Positions 36,816 through 50,774 of a stretch of DNA of 64,000 bases are shown here, one piece after another. This DNA comes from Geosiphon pyriformis uo1. Lineage: Eukaryota; Fungi; Glomeromycota. The DNA lies in NCBI GenBank assembly GCA_016748015.1, contig JAAOMT010000275.1, positions 310,001 through 374,000 on the forward strand, in the 5' to 3' direction. Made by a program: the position numbers and the translations under genes. The notes under the pieces were generated by a model. The model was not told where the DNA came from. It made no database searches and was given only the letters and a program-made list of their open reading frames with translations. Every line of letters begins with the position of its first letter. Positions within the stretch are counted from its first letter, which is position 1.

Positions 36816-39800
36816 GATAAGTAAAATAAAAAAAGATAAAAATATTGAAATAATCAGGAGGTAATGATTAAAATAAACGGCTGAGAAAAACTGCTTCATT
36901 TTTTAAAAAAGGATATTTTCTTTGCAGAGTAAATTTTTTTAAATGAGTTGGTTTTTTTTGTTTACCCAGAATTTTTATTCTAAAATCAAATATAGTTAAG
37001 ATTACATTCATATCGTGCCAGATATTTCATAAATATTTATTAATATTTTGGTATACTTTAATTAATAACTATATAAACCCTGACAAATGAAATCCGGATA
37101 TTTCAAAATTCTAACATGATTAAGATCTTGAAAGACAAAATTTTTGAAACAAAAATGTTATGTAAAGCACATTGATACATAGTAATAATTGTTATTTTAT
37201 TTTTTAAGTATATATACATATTGATTTTTACCAAAAATGCGATAAAACGCATCATTTATATAGTTATTATGTATCTAAAAGGATTGGATATGGGTTCAAG
37301 ATAAAGTTTATCCATAAAAGAGATAATCTATTAAAATCTTATCATATAATACTAGAATGTCAAGATTTAATTACAAAATTGTTCTTCAAAGATTAAATAA
37401 AATTATCTTTTTTCATCAATTAGATAATATGGTAATAAAAAATAGTAAAAAAGTTACAAATTACCAATTGATCTTTATTCAAAACATAATATTTAAATAT
37501 TGTGGTTTTTTTTCCCTGCACGGTGTGATCCAACTAAATTATTGTAAAAATTATAAATGTTAATTAATATTTTATTCCTTCGGTAAATTTGAAGTGGACT
37601 GTTATTTTTTGATTGACTAAATCTACTTAAATTTTTATAAACTCTAATCCAGGTTAGTTAGCTTGAAAGTTAAATAGTATTTTTAGATATAATATTAATT
37701 TTCTCGCAATGATTTTTTCATAAACTATAATAATGCTTGTTGAAGTAAAAACATTTAAACATTCTCTAAATTTTTAATTCCATATTGGCACTAACTGTAT
37801 GGCTATCTGTAATCTTAGACTGATTATTAAGATAAGCCAATCGTGTGGAGAATAATATTAAAACAAGGACATTTAAATTCTAAAGATTTTCAAATTACTA
37901 TATTAGTAATGCTATACTATATTAGAAATCTAGAATCTATTACCCAAAAGCTCTATTTATGATTATTTCGAAACACAATATTCTAATGAATATAAAAATT
38001 ATTATCACTCCTGCAGAAATTAAACTAAAAACTATAATAGTTATATAAACTTTTATTAAACAATATTGGCTTTAAATGACTTATTAGCACAGTTGAACTT
38101 AAGTTCAAAATTCTTTAATTAGAATAAAATTTCTTGTTAATTGCAATTACTTAATTTACAATAAAACAAAAAAGCTTTAAAACATCAACATATACACCAA
38201 CCATAAATTTAAAAACTCATAACAACATTAAAACTGTTTAAAAATACTTACTGTATTAACAAAACTGTCTTTAAGAAATATTTTTTAACAACCAATCAAA
38301 ACAATATTTTATATAAAACAATATCACATATTATTAAAATTTTAAAAACCTAAACAATCTATTTAGAATAATTTAAAAACCAAAAAAAAAAACAATTTTT
38401 TATAATATGCATTAAGACTTATGATCAAAACATTTTGGAGAAAACAATTAAAAAATATGTTGACTTTTGTAACATTTGTCATAATTTAAATGCTATAAAA
38501 TAAATTAAAAAACAAAAGTTTTGCACAAAAATTACACATTTATATTAATATTATTAAAAATTAAAAATTATTATTATTTTATATTTATTAATAAATAAAA
38601 TTTCTAACTGTGAATTCTTTAATAACGATTTGCATAAAGTGATATTTTATTTCAATGTTTTTTATTAAAATACATGTAAATACAACTTTAATAAATTACT
38701 TATTTTTTTTTTAATATTACATTATTAGAAATTTGGAATATAACAAAACAAATCACAATTAACATTTTATTGAAATATTATAAGGAGCAATATTTTTTAA
38801 ATTTAAATAATATTTTATATTGAAGTCAAATTTTTAAATATATTTATTTAAAATAAATAAGTTTCAGCTAGAAAAATACCTATTGCTAAATCTCGAAAAG
38901 AACATTGTAAACCTTTTTAATAGGCCGAGAACGAAAGATTTAGCCCATGAGTCTTATTTTTTCAAGACAAGAGATAATGTTCTTTAAAAGGGGCAGGATA
39001 GCTTTAATCGTTTTATAGTGATTGTAAATTGGCTTTTTTATCCCGTCTCTCCTAGTGCATCTCAAATGAAACTGAAGATACCTTGGTTAAAAGCGAAAAA
39101 ATCCAACTGTGTAGTAAACAAAAAGGTCTTTATGGCAATAAAACCCTCTAAACCATTTTATCCCTCTTTTTCTTCCGCAGGCTCAGATCAAAATACCGAC
39201 TCCAAAATATCGGAAGAACACCGTAATTAAATTCCTGATAGAGGAGATGTTATTGAGATCACAAGTTTTAAATTTCGACTTTACTTTTTATACTACTTTC
39301 AAGTGTTTCTCAAGTGGCAGAAACCTCTGGGAAATAAAGGTGAAATATTTTTTCCACGGAATTAGGAAGAAACGGTCACCAAAACTTTTACACAGCCTCG
39401 ATAAATTCTGGAATCATAATTATATAAATTATAATATTAAGATCGAAAATTTAAAATAAAATTTTTTTATGCTGATGCTATACAAGACTTTGAGTATTCC
39501 ATTTCATTTAAGTAATTGCATTCTAAATATTATTATTGAGAAGACCAAGATTCAGCAATGGAAAGACCTTCTGGATATTAAATTATCTCTTTTTAACGAA
39601 TGAAAAGAGAGCACATAAATGTTTCGTGCGGACGTAATGTTCTCGAAGCTCAAATACAGTAATACAAGTTGTAAATTTGGTAAACAATTTTACTTGAGAT
39701 TTCGGGATTACTTCGACTTGGGCCAGTTTTGTCCCATTCTTCAATAAATTAAAATACTAGTTAGAAAAATTGGTATTATTGGCATAGAGATCATTCACAT

Positions 39801-40602
39801 GGACGAAAAAGTTGGGTCCAAAGGAAGAAACCGTACTTCGACACATATTCGAAGAATTTTCATCTAGGAATCGTTAAAAACCACCCTTCTACTTTATACT
39901 GACTACAAGAAACAAATTGTATTGATTCTAGATGGAATGACGTTAGAATGTGTCATAGATTATATGTATTCTATTTGATTGGGAATTTTTGTCCAAGGAA
40001 ATATTAGAGTGATTAGTTAAAAGTTGGAAATCATGTATCTAACTCCTAGCAAATCCCTAACATTGATTCGGTTCCGAATCTCTAAAATTAATAAAATACA
40101 CTTCATTTCCCGACAGTCAAAAATTTTCATAAATTACCTCTTTACATCAAACTAGAAATGATGGCGAAACTTGAAACCTGATCATATTCTGGTTATGAAT
40201 CACGAAGACTCTTTCTAGCTCTCAATCACAAATCTATTTTAATCTAATGTTCTATTCTTGCATAAATAGGGCAATGTTTTTTTGGGAGGCGAAGTTAATA
40301 ATTATCTTCACTTTTATGAAATCTTTGTTAAATCTTTGTGAAATCTTTAGCTAAATTACAGAATTATCTCTTTCAAGTATTTTTATCCAAAAACTCCCCC
40401 CCCCCAAAGTCTTTTCATAAGTTTCTCTTCTTTTTGTGATAAAAAACAAGCCAAAATTTAAAGTCTAAAACTAAGTACAGATCTACATTTTTTTAGCGTG
40501 AAAAAAGAATTGAGCTACAAATCTATAATTGATTTTTTTACGACATTTAATACAAAAGGATACACAAATCAAAATTGAATACTGTCCTAAAAAAAATTAA
40601 TC

Positions 40603-42214
40603 ATGTCTCACCTTTATACTCAACGAACTCATGATACAAGTACAAATTTCCAACCGATTGGTGGCCTTCAGGGTTCACGTAGTGACTTCTCCCCATGGAG
40701 GTACGACCAAAACCCAAATGAACAAATACAATGCGATGAATATAATCATTTCGGGAAATTTAGTGCCGAGTCCAATATTGCTTACAAACCTTACAGAGAC
40801 CTCAACGGTCAACAACACGATGAATCTGTTGAAGAGCACAGTGACCGGATTTCTTCAAAATATTTGAACAAATGGCCAAACGGGCAAGAAGCCGATCCAA
40901 GAATTCGTTCAAGAATCTTTAGCACAATTCCTCCTCCCTACCCTGTCAAGATGACATCCAAGTTTGCCTCTCCCCTAATTGATGGAAGAATTCCAGCTAT
41001 TGAAACCTCTTATGGATTGAAAGCTAGTCTTTACGAGAAACCGCAATATATTCAATTCCGTATCCGATCTATGTCCTTCGGTGACTACAGCTGCAAATCT
41101 GCAGAATCCTTTCCAGATGGAGTGGGAAATTTGAGATATCATTATGTGAAAGGTAGTATCGGCTTGTTTTTGAATGGTAATACCATCAAAATCTTAATTC
41201 CAGTTGAGGTGATCAAAAGTATTTACAAAGAAGAATGGAATATTTTTTCTTTGGAATTGAATGAGAAAAGTTCATCTTTAGTAAGTATTCATCTCTGATT
41301 TGGCTTTTAAATAAGTTGATTTATTACGAATTTTTAAATATTCTTTGTTATAGATTCGTACTCAAATTGCTGATGGTTTGGCAGCCAGTAACAGGATACC
41401 CCAAAGCATCAGTAAGTGTCTTTTTTCTACTTTGTGAAAATCTGTCTTTTTTTGAGTCAATTTCATTGACTCTCGGTTTCTTATACATAGGAAATGCGAA
41501 GATCATTAAAATGGTGGTTCACGAAAACACGCCTCTACAGAAAATCGATATGACAAGATTACATATCCAATTCGAAATCGAGAATCGCAATGAAGCCTCT
41601 AATCATCCAAAGGACAATAAAGCTTACACTCAACCTAAAGAGAGAGTCCAAGAAAATGGTCAAATAGTTACAGTGAATGGCGAAAAGCAAGTGAAAGAAG
41701 ATTGCCAAACTTGGGGTGCGACGGCAAAAGGCAAATCCGAAAATTCAGGTTGGAGTTATATTATAGATGAAAGCCTTGTTGACCCTGCCGAACAGGTAAA
41801 TTACTTCTGGATTTTATTAAGCTTGAAGCTAAAGGATATTTTGAGTAACTTGTTCTATTCTTATAGCATACTCAAGACCTCGAAATCAAAGGAAACGGTG
41901 AAATAAATTTCCTTGAAAATTACACGAAAAATGGGAAAGAAGTCTCCAATAACACCGAAAAACTTTTGATCAAATTTCATTCCTCGACACTATTATCCGA
42001 AGATGAAATTCGTATCCTTCAATTTCCTATTAATGTTACTTTTGATGAAGTCAAGTCTACTATACAAGAAACTTGTGTGCTTCCAGAGATCCGAAAATTG
42101 AAATGCAAAGATGACGAAGGTGAGATGATCACCATTACCGGCCAGTACGATTTTGCAACCGCTGTCGACTTTTATGCTCCGCGTAAGAAACTCGAATTAT
42201 GGCTGGTTCAATAG
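40603..42214 (+). CDS. Four-exon protein (~462 aa) with a C-terminal PB1 domain; exons 40603-41280, 41354-41411, 41491-41795, 41867-42214
   Basis: GT-AG introns join the ORFs in frame with no stops. The C-terminus LIKFH...IRILQFPINVTFDEVKSTI...KLKCKDDEGEMITITGQYDF...KLELWL has the PB1 lysine and acidic OPCA motif. CpG is retained. Confidence 0.85.
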
Positions 42215-43444
42215 CCGATTTATCAGTCGTTTTCAAGACTTTATGCAGCCATTTTTGAAGATTGAGGGATTGGCTCTTCTTTCAATTGGTAACAATTTAT
42301 TGAAATGGATAGTTTCATATTATATCAACCCCTTTCTCCATTTAGCCTTATAACTTTATGAACATTTTTATCAATCTTCTTAAAAGGTATTTAATGAAAA
42401 CCTCCCGAAATAGAAATTCAATTTTGTATAAATAATTTCTTTAGATTAAACATATAATTTTAATAGATTTGTGCCTAAAAAATTAGTGTAATAAAAATCT
42501 TAATTTCAGGAATCTTTTAAGGAATTAAATAGGGCATTGCTGATCTAGAAATGAATCTTTAAAGTTAAGTTTAAAACAAACAAGCTGAAAAAATCTGGTT
42601 TTTGGGAATATTTCGGTTAGCTGAATAAATAATATAAATCAATAACATAATGGATTGAAAGCTTTTGGAATTTCTTTAGGCTTTACTTTTTGTCCAATAA
42701 AAAAATATCATACCAGAAAAAATATATGAGGCATACTAAAAGATTTTTATTTATATATATTTTAAACAAGATCATTAAAAAGCAAAAATTTCTTTAGAAC
42801 GTGTAATTCGTAACATAAATTACATTTCATTCTTATAACCAGAATTTACTAGTTCTTTAGAGAATTTTAAAAAAGTGGAATGTATATTTTGATTTTAACA
42901 TCATCTAATAGATATTGTTTGAAATAAAAAAACTTCATATTTTTCTTTCAAAGAAAGCCTAACCAACTTTGGAAAAATCTAAATTTTTTGATACAGAATA
43001 ATTAAGAAAAAACTGAAAAGAGCATTAAAAACAAAACTTTATGGAATTTTTTTTTTAAAAAAAAGCAAGTTTCTTATAAAATTTACACAATTATGATAAT
43101 ACTTATTTGTTATTAATTTTATAATTGGATTTATATTAATTATTATTTGTATTAATTTTTATGATTTTTTAAAAATATTTAAATCTTTAAATTTAAAAAC
43201 TTATTATTTATTATTTAAAAATATTATTGTTAATATTTATTAATATCAATCTATTTTTTTATTATACTTTAATAAAATGTAAACCAATACATTGCAATAA
43301 TAAATGTATTAATTAGATGTGATTTATGTACTTTTTACATATAATCAACTATTCAAACCAGTTAAAACCAAATTATAATAAATTTAATTAATAATCCAAC
43401 TTTGTTAATTTAGATTTCAAAAAAGCCAACTTAAAGCCAATTAC

Positions 43445-43483
<39 letters not shown>

Positions 43484-44921
43484 CCAAAAAAACAATAGCT
43501 TTAATATAAAATTTTGCACTAATAAATTAATTTTTAAAAATTTTGAATTAATTATAAACCTAAATAAAAATTTTGAAAAATAAAGTAAAAACATTTTGTA
43601 AAAATAGTGTTAAAAAACAAAAAAATTTTATCAAATATAATTTTTTTAGAATATTAGTTTTAATAATTTAAGTCTGCTTAAAAAACCAAAAATAACAATA
43701 ATAATATATTTTAATTATTAAGTAAAATTAGAAAACCAAAAAATAAAACAAATATAACTACGTTTTTAAAAAACAAATTTATTAATTTCTAAAACAATAC
43801 AATTAAAAGAAAAATTTACAAACTTAGTTTTAAAAATATTTCAATAAAAAATAATAGTTGCTTTTTTTTGCTCTTTTCTTTGATTATAATCATAAAAATA
43901 CAAGAAAAAAGTTTTTAATAAATTATATTTATTATTATTTTTCCATAAATTTTTAAGTTTTTTGAAAGATATTTGTTGAAAATTTTAAAATACATTTGTG
44001 GATTTATTATTTGCATAAAACAAAATAAATGTGTTATATTAATATTTTAAAAAACCAAAATAATATTTTATTCGTAAATGAGATATTTGTATGTTTAATT
44101 TATTTATTTTTGCTTATAAGTTTTTATTAACATAAAAATAGTTTTTAGTCAATTTTTTATTTATAAAATATCTTAAATTAATTAAATATAAGATGATTGT
44201 ATTTTTTTCTTTGTTTTTAAAATCTACAAAAAATATTGATAAAACTTATTATATTTGTTAAAATAATTAATTTAACAATATATTAATTGTGATTTTTTTT
44301 AATTATTATATATTGTATATTCAATAAAAAAAATATTCATATAATTTTTTTGTTAAGAAATTTTTAAAAATTTATTTTATGTATAATTAAAAAATTATAC
44401 AAATTTTTGATGATTTTTTGAATAATTATTTATTTAATAAGAATAAAAATAGTAATTTCCAACAGATTGTATTTTATATTTTTATAATAAATCAATAAAC
44501 AATAATAACAAATGTGTAAGATTTAAAAAAATTAATTGTAATTTTACTTTATATAATATTATCATTGGAAAAATTTTAATAATATTTGTTTAATTTGTGA
44601 TGTTAAAAAATATTTAACTTATAATACCAAAAATATTTAAATAATTGAAAAATCAATATATTTTAAAATAAAATTTATTAAAATTGAATATTCATTTTAT
44701 ATATATATATTGTAGTTAAATCAAATAAATTGGTAAAAATATATTTATATATATTTATATAATTATTATTTGAAAAAAGATTAAAAATCAGATTTGAATT
44801 TATTAATATCTTTAGTTTTAAAAAGTGAATTAAAAAGATTTGATTTTTTCCTTGTGAATTTTTAGAAATTTAAGCTGCAAAATATGATTGATTTACAAAT
44901 AAAATTATGTTTAATATAATA

Positions 44922-46384
44922 CGACAGGGTGAAATCTGAGATAACAAATAGTAAAACCTGCGATGATCAGCCATGTAATGTAAAACCTGCGATAGATTGG
45001 ATAGATTGGGTAAAACCTGGGATAGATTAGTAAAACCTGCAATAGGGTAAAAACCTGTAAACCCCGTGATTGTATCAAGTGAGAAAATGAAATATATAAA
45101 ATGTGTAATGAAGGTAAAGGTACATTATCTTTACTACCATAACATTATCACTAATGGGCGATTATGCTTTGTCTACTAGCTCTATTGAAACAAAAAAGGC
45201 CATTTGGCGCCCATTATTGCCAACTATTCGATGCATACAAGTGCCACTTATACAAGTACCCTCAGTGTTAGACTTATATATGTCTGATACGGTATCCCTA
45301 GGAGGTGGTAGTCTTAGTAACGGCTATAAAATTCTAGATCATGACTGTATGCATAAGAAGTGGGTAAGAGATTATTATTTATATGAATTATACTTTTATA
45401 CAATAGTATTTTATTGAATATTAAGGTACGTGAAGGAGATGTAAAAGCCATTACACTTGTAAATGAAGATGCAAACAAAAATTCAAATTCAAATTTGGCA
45501 TACGTAGAATATCTTGGATGTTCCAATAGGGTATAAAATAAAGAATAATTTCTAATCAAAATTAAAAAGTATTAACTTTATCTTTATTTATAGAATGGGT
45601 GATACCGTATCAAAAAGACAAATCGACCAGCGACTGCCTCTGATCCTTGTCATCAATGTTACGGGAATTAGCACCATTAATGAAAAGACATCTCTTCAGA
45701 ACAAAGATTTACCAGAAGAAATCAATTTTCCTAAAGGAAATCAAATTACAAAACAAAGGTAAATTTGAATTAAGTTTATCACTTACTGTATTTATTTATT
45801 AATTTTTTAATATAGATATCGCCTGATGGGAGTTTCTTTTTGTAACGACATCCATCATATTGCCGATGTTCGTTTCGAAAATTTTAAAAATTCTGGCTGG
45901 TATCAATACGATGGGTTGCAAAAAACCTACAAAGCAAGGGCAATGGCAATTGGAAGTCGCGTCCTCCTCCCAAAAGTGGTTATACAATGGATTTTGTCAT
46001 CTATGGAAAGATTTGAGTTTTTTGCAATAAAAACTGATCGTTACATGTAATAAAGAAGGACCTCTATTTTTAAGCTTACCTGTCTCAGTAATAACAGTAT
46101 TACTCGTTTGAATTTTCCATTCAAAGTTGTGCCACTTAGTTTGGTCGACTTTACAGTACCTTCAATTGGGTCTGCCCTCAAAAGGGGCCGTTGCTCTTAA
46201 AAAATGTCTATTTATCGCAGATTTCACTTGATACAATCACGGGGTTTACAGGTTTTTACCCTATCGCAGGTTTTACTAATCTATCCCAGGTTTTACCCAA
46301 TCTATCCAATCTATCGCAGGTTTTACATTACATGGCTGATCATCGCAGGTTTTACTATTTGTTATCTCAGATTTCACCCTGTCG
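44922..46384. mobile_element. Non-autonomous DNA transposon with ~160-bp near-perfect TIRs and a probable TA target duplication
   Basis: 44922-45082 is the reverse complement of 46224-46384, with one mismatch seen. Termini are TA|CGACAGGGTG...CACCCTGTCG|TA. The TIRs contain repeated GTAAAACCTG motifs. No transposase is seen. Confidence 0.92.
45154..46050 (+). pseudogene. Intron-containing C-terminal fragment of a USP/UCH (peptidase C19)-like protein inside the TIR element
   Basis: Exons about 45154-45363, 45426-45530, 45594-45758 and 45816-46050 give LPLILVINV...LPEEINF...YRLMGVSFCNDIHHIADVRF...GWYQYDGL, resembling the USP His box. The Cys box is absent and one junction is out of frame. Confidence 0.6.
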
Positions 46385-46515
46385 TATTATTATTATCTAT
46401 GCTAGGATGATCTGAAAAAGGATTTTATCAATATTTGGGATGATCTTTGCGGCAAATCCGAAAGGGACATGAATATTTGCTGGGAATAATATGTGTGATG
46501 TTAAGAATATAGTAA

Positions 46516-46578
46516 AGAGAAAGAGAAGGAGAAAGAGAAAGAGAAAGAGAAAGAGAAAGAGAAAGAGAAAGAGAGAGA
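46516..46578 (+). repeat. (GAGAAA)n microsatellite
   Basis: Read directly from the sequence. Confidence 0.95.
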
Positions 46579-47570
46579 CAAATAATGTATTGTAATTTTT
46601 GAAATTTTCAAAGCTTCCATTAGAATAATTTGTATTTAAATAAATTAATGTAACTTAATTTAAATCGCAATTTTTTTTTTACTTTCAGTATAAAATATCT
46701 TTCAAGATATAGATGTTGTGCCCTGAATTAAAAATTTGCCCGATTGACAATTTGGATATGTAGTTTCGTCCCCCAAAATCAAAATATCTAGCAACATATA
46801 CAAAAATCAATTAGGTCATTTTAAAACTTTATGCATGTATTTCAAACCTAAAATTAACCTTTCGATATTGTTAAATAATCATTTTTAGATGAAAAATTTT
46901 TCCATGTATTTTCCCTATAAGATAATCTTATCACTCAAACTAGTTTTTTTTTTAAATTTTAAACCTATATGCTAAAATTTTGAATTTTTATCAAAACATC
47001 AACTGTATGGGTTTTCAGTTTACCCCTACAACCCATCTTATACCTTATTAGATTTTAAATTTTGTTCATCAACAGAGTTTTGGGCAAGAAGATTTTATTT
47101 ATACTTTGAGCAGGATTTATTAAGAAAAAAAAAAAAGAGAAACTCCCTTCCAAAAAAAATTTTCATTGGAAAAGAACACTTATCAAACTTATGAATATTT
47201 ACATATTCGGACTGACCAAAATTGCTGATGGATGTTCTTTAAACTATATATAACATAATGAGCAGGGATTGTAATTTTCTGAATTTTGTTTATCAACCGT
47301 ACTCGACATTTCTTTTTCAATTTCCGCAATAGATGCTTAGAAAATCACCCATTCTCAAATGCTGCCCGCTATTTTTCTTCATATAATATAATATTGTATC
47401 GATTTATAATATACTAAGAGTCAAGAAATATCGGCTAGTTTAAAACTTGATGGAATATTCTATGAGCAAAAAGATATTTATCTTTTCAAAATCACCAGAA
47501 TTTTAATTTGTTCAAAATCTTTTGTAGTACCTAACCATTCTGTCGAATGATACAAAATAAAATTCAATAT

Positions 47571-47606
<36 letters not shown>

Positions 47607-47891
47607 CCAAAAAGAAATGCCGAATAATTGATTAATTAAATTTAGGTTGATCCAATAAGATGATATCTTTTCAAATGATTGATTGATTGATAAAATGAAA
47701 TTCATTTTCACGACAACAATACCTTCTACTTGAGATTCTATTTTTGACTTTTAATAATTGACGTTTGTGTAAAATACAATTTTTCATGATTAAAATTTTT
47801 AATTATAGTTTTTGTAACTATTTTATTTACAAAATAAATTTGTGTGTTATAATTTAAAAGATTTACCCATTTCAAATTTAGTAAAGGAATG

Positions 47892-47931
<40 letters not shown>

Positions 47932-48702
47932 GATCATGCAGGTACTCATAGTAGATCCGTATTTGCCCAGGTGAAGATCTAGCAGAACCGTAGATCTTTA
48001 AGCATTTTACCCCGTTTTTTCGGTATTTTTAACTTTATAAAAAATCTAAAAGGAGAGATTAACCTTTTTAGCTTTTATTATGAATGTTCAAGGTTTGTCC
48101 TTTGGATATTTATTATTTATCATTGTGAAATTGGTTATCAAAATCTTATATAAGAAAGGTCTCGAAGTCACCCTCTCAATTCTTCTGGGGGTGAAACAAA
48201 TGCTATTAATTTCCGTCGTGCCTAAATGATGTGTTCATAATAATTAAATAAAATAATTCATACAATTTAATACATTGCATGAATGATTTCTAACCTCAAA
48301 TTTATTGTGCAAGGATCTAGAAGCTAGGCTTCTTGGTCACGGTTTCGCAGTGACGAATAAGAAACTCAACTTATTTGAGTATTTTAAACTTTAATTCCTA
48401 TTTTAATTGATGGATTCATTCAATTTATAAAAAAAGTATCGAGCATGTCAAAAGATTGAAAAAAAGGTTTTGTGTAAAAATTAAATTTTTTCATATTTAT
48501 AATCTAATTACGTAAAATTGGAAATCTTTAGTCATCCTTTAATCGTACAAATTTTCAAAGGGGTTGAAGTATTCAAAAAAATTATTTTAGATACGATAAG
48601 ATCCATTTTCCCTAATTTGATATCTATTTTAAAATATTCGAATCGATATTAAAATTAGTTCTTTAAGATGAAAAGATTTTTCTCACACTACTATATGATT
48701 TA

Positions 48703-48754
48703 TTATTCATTATTCATTATTCATTATTCATTATTCATTATTCATTATTCATTA
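48703..48754 (+). repeat. (ATTATTC)n 7-mer tandem repeat
   Basis: Read directly from the sequence. Confidence 0.9.
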
Positions 48755-50734
48755 ACAAGATAAAAACTTTTTAATTTTAAATGAGTGCACCAATTATTCA
48801 AAGATTTGAGTTTTACCAAAAAAAGACTTTCCACGACTAAATGCGGTATATGACAGGTTCATAAGATTTGATACTGATGAACAAAAAATACAATAAAATT
48901 TTCATTTTTATTGCAAATTTTTTTATTAATTGTATTGATAAAATATTCTCTAATGAAATTACATTAAAAAATGAATTCCCTTTCCCATTAATTGTAAACG
49001 CCTCTAATAAAACTTCTTCAATATTAGTTCTTCGAATTGAGACAAGGAATCAAGGATGATTTTTTCTTTATTATTAACGCAGTTTGAAAAGTAGCTAAAA
49101 ACAAATTTCTCAAGTGAAAAGAATGTTTGTTGTTGTTGTTGTTTTTTTAATACAAAAGAGCCGCTTAAGCTTAAAACAACACGACATTACTTATAAATAT
49201 AGTTGTGGTTTCTTTACGCAAAAAAAGTCTATTATTTCTTATTCATATTGATTCCAAGTTTAGATGTACTGTTATACCCAATATCTTTTAATTTATCCAA
49301 AATTAGGAATTCAAAAAAAAAAAGCTTTCATTAAAGTAAATATGAAAACTGGTATTTTTTACCGACAAAATATTTTCCAAAACTACACAATAAATTTAAT
49401 TTTCTGACTATGTTCTGAAAAAACAAACTCACATTTTTGAAAGGTTCATAAGTGGAAATATGTTTTTAAAATTATATAAAAATTTCTGCACTAAAGTACT
49501 TATATCATTGGGAATTGTACTTATCAATACATTTGTCTAAGGCTTTAATGCTAAGTGAAAAGTAATTTTTATTAGAGAAATTTTATAAAATGGTTTTACC
49601 TCTTGAATGTAATATATGTGAAAAAAACTTAATGTAATATACTAAATTTTGAATCGAAACAGTATTATAAAATCTTGCTTGAATAAAAAAAATAATTGGT
49701 TGATACTTTATTGAAGAAAGATCAGTAATCAAAGCTCATTACATTATTTTCTAGGGAAAGTTGGCACATATTTACATTTTTTTATTCTAAACCTATATTT
49801 ATTTTTCTCAGCCTAACCTTTACACAATTTTGTCTAGAAGCTAATCATGAGAGAAATCGAGGTTTGCAAACTAAATTCTCCAAGTATTGCATGGAAAATT
49901 TTTTACTTCAGCAGAAGACAATATTTTTGAATTAATATTACTCTATTATAATTATTTTTAGTATTTTTTAATGTAATCCGAAAAAAATTGGAATAATTGG
50001 TATTTTGATTTTCCTCTTAAAATCTTAAATGAAAATATCAAAAATTGAATCACAAAATTTAAGATCCTTTTTCCATTATCGTAGTAGATGATGATGATGA
50101 TGATGATGATGTCAAGTACTTGATTATTTAAGGTTTCCAATATAATAACGATAAGGAAGAATTTAACGAAAATATCAGCTTAAAATCAATAATGAATTTT
50201 TAAGGTTTTTAATATCAAACTATTCAAAATAAGCTTATTTTTAAAATTTTACTAAAGCTATTCCTTTTTCTTTCAAATATAACCGCATTATTTTCTAATT
50301 TTGAGTTGATATTATAAAAAAATTATAATTAATTTTTTTTTTGCCTTAAATAGTAGACATCTGACACTTCAAATGCATTATTAAAGATTTATTGCTTATT
50401 TCTCACATTTAAATATTTTTCTCAAGTGAATAGTTTAAAAAGTATATTATATATTTTTATATAGGTATTCAATTCTTTACAAAAACCAGGTGATAAAACA
50501 AGGTTAAACTAAGGACATTGGAATAGTGGTTAAATTATTTTGTGTGGTCATTCCATTAAAAGTGAAATTTTTTCTATAATAAAATAATCTTATTTAATAA
50601 AACGTCATTTTGAAAATTTTAACCTGTTTAAAAATATTAATTAAAATTTTTCTGTTTTATAAAAAATCTTGCATAAATGTTTTTAAGCTAAATTCTCAAA
50701 TTAAAAAAACAAAAAAGTTTTATTTTGATTCATA

Positions 50735-50774
<40 letters not shown>

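Noticed and set aside
38900-40260. Possible gene upstream of the PB1 gene
   Set aside because: Only short ORFs; no consistent exon chain or recognisable motif on either strand.
44950-45065. CRISPR-like or iteron-like short repeats
   Set aside because: Spacers are too short and not unique, the context is eukaryotic, and the repeats are mirrored in the opposite TIR.
46191-46415. ORFs with repeated SQVL/YPIY peptides
   Set aside because: They are translations of the right TIR repeats.
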